Shown here: positions 35,044 to 39,602 of the stretch, piece after piece
Layout: each line of letters opens with the position of its first letter
Numbering within the stretch: the first letter of the stretch is position 1
Source of the DNA: Alphaproteobacteria bacterium
Lineage (GTDB): Bacteria > Pseudomonadota > Alphaproteobacteria > Sphingomonadales > Sphingomonadaceae
Assembly (NCBI GenBank): GCA_018828205.1
Contig: JAHJWA010000245.1
Location: 1-39,602, forward strand
Direction of reading: 5' to 3'
DNA length: 39,602 nt
Made by a program: the position numbers and the translations under genes
Notes under the pieces: generated by a model
What the model saw: only the letters and a program-made list of their open reading frames with translations
What the model was told of the DNA's origin: nothing
Database searches by the model: none

Positions 35044-35925
35044 TCACCCGCACTTTTCCACAGGGGCCATGCCGATCCGGCGCTTGGCGGCTTCGAAGGG
35101 ATCGACCGGCAATGGAGTGAAGTTCAGGCGTTCGCGGCCGAGTTCATGGCCGAGCGCCAGCCGATAGCCCGGGAGCGGTTGTCGCCGGACGATTTCGCGG
35201 ATGTCGAAGGCGAACCGCTTCAGCGGCGAGAGCGCGCCCGATTTGAGATGCAGATGGGCGATATCGAAGCTCCACCCGCCCTTCTGCCTGCCGCCATGCT
35301 TGCGCACGATGCGGTACAGCCAGCGCTCGAGCCCGCCGGTAAGCTGGAAGTAGGCGGGGTCGATCGTCAGCACGAGCGCCCGGTCGAGCACACCCTCATA
35401 GAACCAGTCGGGCACGATCATCTCGATGCCGAGGGCGCGGCCGTTCCCATCGAGGCATTCGCGCCACTCGTTGATCCAGGAGAAGCGATGACGCCGGCGC
35501 GCACCGCGCTGGCGGATCGATGTGGCGATGCTCGTCGATTGCAGCCGGTCGAGCGCTGCTCTCAGCCGTTCATATCCGGCCTTGCCAGTTCCGCGCCCGG
35601 TAAAGGCGAGTATCTCGTGCGGGCTTGCGGCAATCAGCCGCGAGGTCGGCCTGCCGGTATCGCGCGCCTCGACGATCTGGCTGGCCACCCAGATCAGCAC
35701 GTCGGCGTCCCAGATGGTCGCCATGCCGTGCTCGGCCGTCGCCTCAACCAGGATCGAGACCTCGCCCATGCGAAAGTCGATCGGCCTGATTCGCTTCGAC
35801 TTGGCGAGGCTGAAGAAGGGCCAGGCCATCAGGTCCTGCGCATCGCGCGCGGCGATGTCGCCTCCGACCCCCATGAAGAGGTCGAGCTGCTCGGCGGCGC
35901 GGGCGAATGTCCGGCGGGCACGCAT
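35044..35925 (-). CDS. repA: Replication initiator protein A (RPA family)
   Basis: RDAQDLMAWPFFSLAK, GMATIWDADVLIW, AALDRLQST, FSWINEW, LTGGLERWLYRIVRKHGG. Confidence 0.93.
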   Translation of the reverse strand: MRARRTFARAAEQLDLFMGVGGDIAARDAQDLMAWPFFSLAKSKRIRPIDFRMGEVSILVEATAEHGMATIWDADVLIWVASQIVEARDTGRPTSRLIAASPHEILAFTGRGTGKAGYERLRAALDRLQSTSIATSIRQRGARRRHRFSWINEWRECLDGNGRALGIEMIVPDWFYEGVLDRALVLTIDPAYFQLTGGLERWLYRIVRKHGGRQKGGWSFDIAHLHLKSGALSPLKRFAFDIREIVRRQPLPGYRLALGHELGRERLNFTPLPVDPFEAAKRRIGMAPVEKCG

Positions 35926-35931
35926 CGGGCC

Positions 35932-36204
35932 TCAGCGCCGGACCGGGCCGGTGTAGCCGTCGATCCGCTTGGCGGGATGGACGATGCCCCGGCCGGGATC
36001 GCTGGTCGAACGACGCAGGCCCTGCTCGGCCCATGCATCGAGATCCTCGCGCCGGTAGACGATGCGCCCGCCCAGCTTGTGATAGACCGGGCCGGTGCCA
36101 TAGCACCTGTGCTTCTCGAGCGTGCGGGGCGATAGCCCCAGATGTACCGCGGCATCGGGTGTGCGCAGAAACCGGGGACGGACGGGGTCGGGAACAGTTG
36201 GCAT
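35932..36204 (-). CDS. rdfS: AlpA/RdfS-like excisionase (HTH_17)
   Basis: PRFLRTPDAAVHLGLSPRTLEKHRCYGTGP...KLGGRIVY...DLDAWA...STSDPG; GGAGA RBS. Confidence 0.87.
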   Translation of the reverse strand: MPTVPDPVRPRFLRTPDAAVHLGLSPRTLEKHRCYGTGPVYHKLGGRIVYRREDLDAWAEQGLRRSTSDPGRGIVHPAKRIDGYTGPVRR

Positions 36205-36684
36205 TGGACATTCTCCGCAAGGCGTGGGCGGCCGCGGCAAGCTGCCGCCGGTTGCAGAGGGGGATGGCGCATGCGGGGGTCGGGGGAGGAGCGACAGATT
36301 CACAGATTCGTATTTGTCGCCCCCCGCGCGCGGCACTTCGGACACATCCGATCGTCGGCAGAAAAGGATTGCCGCCGCGGGCCAAACAAGGACTGCACCT
36401 GTGAGCAAGGCGTCGGCCAAGGTCCGCGTGCGAAGCAAGGGAGCGGGGCCTGTCGCTTCCGCGGCTTCGCGCCGGTCCGACCCGGCGGCGGTTCGCAAGT
36501 GCATGCGGGGCCCCGGGACCGATAAACGCCGCACCCTCAGGAGCGCATCGCCAGATGCGCGGGACAGAGTGCGTCCGAAGCCCCGCTCGAATTGCGCGGG
36601 AGCCGGTTGGATCGTCCGACCTCACTGCGGATCCGACGGGGGTCATGGTGCGTCCGGGCAGGCTGAAGACTCGGGGCGAACACG

Positions 36685-36721
36685 AAGAAAGGAGCGGGAA
36701 CCGCTAGCCGGTTCCCGCTCC
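36685..36721 (-). terminator. Rho-independent terminator after the 73-aa ORF
   Basis: GGAGCGGGAACCG-GCTAG-CGGTTCCCGCTCC then TTTCTT on the minus strand. Confidence 0.8.
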
Positions 36722-36729
36722 GCCGAGAG

Positions 36730-36951
36730 TCAGTAATCCTCGAGCATGCCTCCATGAACGGTGTGAACCACGCGCGACGCCAGATGCGCGGGCAGCGCAT
36801 TGTAGTCGCCTTCGTCGAGCGCGAAGTATCCCAGCTCCACATCCTCGACGACATGCTGGTCGAAGAAGCTGTGAAGCGCCCTTTTCTCGGCGGTTTCCAG
36901 AGCCTCGAAATAGTTGCGAGACGGCAGCGGGCAATGCGTTGAACAAGCCAT
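36730..36951 (-). CDS. Hypothetical 73-aa acidic protein
   Basis: MACSTHCPLPSRNYFEALETAEKR...GGMLEDY; strong AGGAGG RBS and its own terminator. Confidence 0.72.
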   Translation of the reverse strand: MACSTHCPLPSRNYFEALETAEKRALHSFFDQHVVEDVELGYFALDEGDYNALPAHLASRVVHTVHGGMLEDY

Positions 36952-37374
36952 GATATTCCTCCTGAAACTGTCGTGAGACGACAGGAGGTCGGCCGATGGT
37001 CCGGGGCCTTTCGGGTCACAGGATCGCTCCGCAGGAGCGACCGTGCGAGCGGCGGTGGGGGCAACGATTTTGTACGCGGCCGGATACGATCCGGCAGCGG
37101 GCAAAATGGTGGGGCCCCGCACGTCCTTGAGGCGGAAGGAACCGGGCCATCATGCTGGAATAGCCGTGAGCCAGGACCTCACACCCACCTCGCGTCAGGA
37201 ACCAACGCGCCGCGTATCGGGAAGCTAAGGAGCGCCAACGGACCAGAACAGATGTGTTCTGCTCGCTACCTGAACTGGGAACAGGGCTTCCGGTGTCGTT
37301 GCTCAACGAGGGTCTGCCGAGCTGCGGGACCGTCCATTCATCCGGCTGCAAAATTTCGAACCTGATGGATCACG

Positions 37375-37409
37375 AAAAAAGAGGCCCTGCCGCTAAAGGC
37401 AGGGCCTCT
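37375..37409 (-). terminator. Rho-independent terminator after ssb
   Basis: AGAGGCCCTGCC-TTTAGC-GGCAGGGCCTCT followed by TTTTT on the minus strand. Confidence 0.88.
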
Positions 37410-37429
37410 GAGAGGGGACGTCCGGTCGG

Positions 37430-37816
37430 TCAGTCGATCGGAGGAGCGTCCTGGTTGTCGCCGCCAGCGGCGCGGGAGAGGAAGTCGACCTTGTCGGCGA
37501 GAACCTCGCAGCCGTACCGCTTGATGCCGTCCTGGTCTTCCCACTGGGTGTAGTGCAGGCGGCCCTGGACCGAAACCAGCTGACCCTTGGAGCAATACTG
37601 GCCGACGGTCTTGGCGAGACCGTTGAAGCAGGTCACGCGGTGGAATTCGCTGTCCTTGGCGGTGTATCCGCTTTCGTCCTTGTAGGTCTTGCCGTCCTTG
37701 TCACGCGCGGGGCGGTCGGTGACCACGGTGATGCCTGTAACGCTGGTGCCGCCCTGGGTTTCGCGGGACTCCGGATCGCGGGCGATGCGGCCGGTGAGGA
37801 TTACGAGATTGGTCAT
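37430..37816 (-). CDS. ssb: Single-stranded DNA-binding protein
   Basis: MTNLVILTGRIARDPE, EFHRVTCF, KGQLVSVQGRL, RYGCEVLAD; short tail ending APPID rather than DDIPF; GAAGGAG RBS. Confidence 0.93.
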   Translation of the reverse strand: MTNLVILTGRIARDPESRETQGGTSVTGITVVTDRPARDKDGKTYKDESGYTAKDSEFHRVTCFNGLAKTVGQYCSKGQLVSVQGRLHYTQWEDQDGIKRYGCEVLADKVDFLSRAAGGDNQDAPPID

Positions 37817-37825
37817 GGTATTTCT

Positions 37826-38076
37826 CCTTCAGCTCTCAAACCGGAAACCACTTCCGGCTTGCGAACGTCGATGAGAAACAGGTCATGGGAGGGCTGCACC
37901 GCAGGCCCGCAAACTCCCGTTTGGGGGCCGAAGGGAAACCTGTTCGTGACGGGTGGTGCGGGCAGGCAGCGCAGCTGCCAACACGGCCGGAAAGGAACGG
38001 GTTGCTGCCCTCAGCTGACCTGGTTCAGGACTGTTCGCGAAAAAAGCCGGATGGGTATCTGGCGTGGGTCTGAAGG
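37826..38076. promoter_or_regulatory. Large fold-back element upstream of ssb (Frpo/ssi-like ssDNA promoter or single-strand origin candidate)
   Basis: Nested complementary arms: CCTTCAG/CTGAAGG, TCCGGCTT/AAGCCGGA, GCGAAC/GTTCGC, CAGGTCA/TGACCTG, GAGGGC/GCCCTC. Confidence 0.65.
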
Positions 38077-38095
38077 TGCCAGGACCTTGCTGCAA

Positions 38096-38365
38096 TCAAC
38101 CTACCCCATCGCCTTCCGATGCCGCCAGGAGATCCATGAAATTGCGGGCTGAATCTCGATCATCTGCCTTGTCGAACACGGCCTCGAGGTCGGGGGCAGA
38201 CCCGAGCAGGTAGAGCATGGCCCACAAGGCAAAACGCTTGCCCCGGTCCTGCTCGAGACCGAGATCGACCTGGCACCGCTCGATCCCCGATGCCAATGTC
38301 TCTGCGCCAACCATTCCGAGATCGGCAGTGCGGAAATAGCGGACGAGGAGCGTATCGAGGTCCAT
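38096..38365 (-). CDS. Hypothetical protein (89 aa)
   Basis: MDLDTLLVRYFRTADL...ARNFMDLL; protein-like composition, GAAGAG upstream. Confidence 0.7.
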   Translation of the reverse strand: MDLDTLLVRYFRTADLGMVGAETLASGIERCQVDLGLEQDRGKRFALWAMLYLLGSAPDLEAVFDKADDRDSARNFMDLLAASEGDGVG

Positions 38366-38436
38366 CGCAGTCTCTTCAGGTCAGCGATCCAGCCGCAGGC
38401 AGGAGAGCCAGGGTTCGAGGGCCGGTCATACGTCGG

Positions 38437-38790
38437 TCAATCGGCTGAAGGTTCCTCGCGAAACCGTCGAGCGCGCTCGACAAAGTGCTCCATTTGTGTG
38501 GCAGCGCGCAAGGTTAGCGGATGCTGCGTCGCGTCGGCGCGTGGGGAGATGAACTCGGCCAGTTGTTCGATCGCAGTGAGCTGATGATCGCTTGCCGTGG
38601 ACAATAAGCCTAGCACCATGTTTTCGAGCGCGATCACCCTTATGCGTAGCTGGATGATTTCGGCATCAGTGAGCGGAGGAATGTCCCATTTCTCGCAATC
38701 GGCCGCGAGGGCTTCCTGGGGCCCGCAAGGGAGCGCACCGCCTTCGTCTTCCCAGCGCGACAGCGCACCGCCCTTTCTTTTTTCGGTCAT
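38437..38790 (-). CDS. Hypothetical protein (117 aa) with RWEDEGG motif
   Basis: MTEKRKGGALSRWEDEGG...QLRIRVIALEN...ISPRADATQHPLT; AAGGA RBS. Confidence 0.72.
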   Translation of the reverse strand: MTEKRKGGALSRWEDEGGALPCGPQEALAADCEKWDIPPLTDAEIIQLRIRVIALENMVLGLLSTASDHQLTAIEQLAEFISPRADATQHPLTLRAATQMEHFVERARRFREEPSAD

Positions 38791-39076
38791 TGGCAGTTCC
38801 TTTCCATGTCCCACCAGGCGATTGGCAGCGCAATGCTTGCATAGCACGAAGCTATGCCTGAACGTGTATGACACGACGACAACGAAGGCGAAGAGACGGA
38901 ACCCCGCGCGTTGGGTTGGTCTTCACGCGGGGTTCCAGAACGGCCCCATGGGCACCTGCGACCCGCAGGGCTTCCGGGGGGAGGCGGGGCCGTCCTTTTC
39001 TGATATCCGGATTTTCGTCGCGATTGCTTGCAGACGATATCTCCTGACTATCCTGACTGATGGGCCATGCGCCGGA

Positions 39077-39484
39077 TTACATGCCTTCCATATCGTGATC
39101 GGTCATAGAGGACATGTCATGGCTGGCATGGGGATCGGCGGGCGGGGTCGCCTCGCTCTCGGGTTGCGCGCGCGGTGCCGGCGCGGCGGATGTGGCAGTT
39201 ACACGTGGTGCCGGTGAGGCGGCTCGCCGTGACGCGGGCGCGGCTGCATCGCCTGTCGAAAGAGCGTCCTGCCGCGCAGCCACTGACTCACTTTCGGAGG
39301 GAGAAGTTGCCGGGTCTGCAAGACCACCCTCGGGTGCCGTGCCGGGCATCACCGTCGCTTCGCCCATCGGCGACACCTCTGAGGTCGGTGTGCTCTCCTG
39401 CGCTTCGTTGCAAGCAGCAAGAGCGGACGCTAGTGGGACGATCGCGAGAACCCCGAACGCCGCTTTTAATCTGGAAGTACGCAT
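39077..39484 (-). CDS. Putative lipoprotein with His/Met-rich tail (candidate copper binder)
   Basis: Lipobox LAAC, Pro/Ala/Ser-rich linker, C-terminal DPHASHDMSSMTDHDMEGM; GAAGGAG RBS. Confidence 0.72.
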   Translation of the reverse strand: MRTSRLKAAFGVLAIVPLASALAACNEAQESTPTSEVSPMGEATVMPGTAPEGGLADPATSPSESESVAARQDALSTGDAAAPASRRAASPAPRVTATSAAPAPRAQPESEATPPADPHASHDMSSMTDHDMEGM

Positions 39485-39498
39485 GCTCTTCAACTCCT

Positions 39499-39602
39499 TC
39501 AGAGCCAGGAAATTCCAAGATGGTTTGGCCCATGCGCGAGCTCGCCGCCAAGGAAGCCCTGCACCAGAATAAGTGCCGCCATCGAGAAGATAGCCGTACG
39601 CA
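39499..39602 (-). CDS. 3' end of a DUF2231-like membrane protein (partial)
   Basis: Manual translation ...RTAIFSMAALILVQGFLGGELAHGPNHLGISWL*. Confidence 0.55.
   Translation of the reverse strand, partial: RTAIFSMAALILVQGFLGGELAHGPNHLGISWL

Larger units (their letters stand above)
1..38365 (-). mobile_element. Interior of a Tn4371/ICEMlSym-like integrative conjugative element (trb T4SS, TraG, relaxase, RepA, RdfS-like excisionase); ends not in window
   Basis: Gene order rdfS-repA-DUF2840-traF-DUF736-SLT-relaxase-traG-copG...trbBCDE, all on the minus strand. No integrase or att site is seen, so a plasmid location is not excluded. Confidence 0.85.

Noticed and set aside
37245-37262. AGAACAGATGTGTTCT palindrome as a LexA box
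   Set aside because: The alphaproteobacterial LexA site is a direct repeat (GTTC-N7-GTTC); this is inverted and has no clear promoter context
39038-39060. Short tandem duplication TCCTGACT x2
   Set aside because: Too short to distinguish from chance or slippage
1-39602. tRNA, rRNA, integrase or att sites
   Set aside because: None recognised in the window; the element's boundaries lie outside it

Overview
GC-rich alphaproteobacterial DNA, probably from a sphingomonad/erythrobacter (inferred from gene content). The window is the interior of a Tn4371/ICEMlSym-like integrative conjugative element with a P-type (trb) T4SS; no integrase or att site is visible. The backbone is all on the minus strand: ssb, rdfS-like excisionase, repA with 3 iterons, DUF2840, traF, DUF736, lytic transglycosylase, oriT region, relaxase, an inserted Xre/RES toxin-antitoxin pair, traG, copG-like gene, then trbB-C-D-E. 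About 24.6 kb of cargo lies between copG and trbB. It has four parts: (i) a vsr + C5-methyltransferase + Eco29kI-type restriction-modification module next to a decayed BsuBI/PstI nuclease; (ii) a DsbRS-like two-component system with dsrE-tlpA-dsbA-dsbD and three 11-bp-periodic operator boxes; (iii) a sulfide/persulfide island (PDO, 2 YeeE/YedE, DUF442 sulfurtransferase, SQR, SulP, an unlisted 51-aa CxxC-HTH protein, cytochrome bd, 2 Prx6, an MBL-rhodanese fusion, 2 SAM methyltransferases) with a divergent peroxiredoxin + cysteine-free ArsR pair; (iv) an MNT-HEPN fusion. The best candidates for novelty are the regulation of the sulfide island (Prx-coupled Cys-less ArsR, CxxC-HTH microprotein), a possible sulfur/chalcogen methylation branch, and several large ssDNA-promoter-like fold-backs in front of small orphan genes in the predicted leading region. 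All family calls come from motif recognition by eye; no searches were run.
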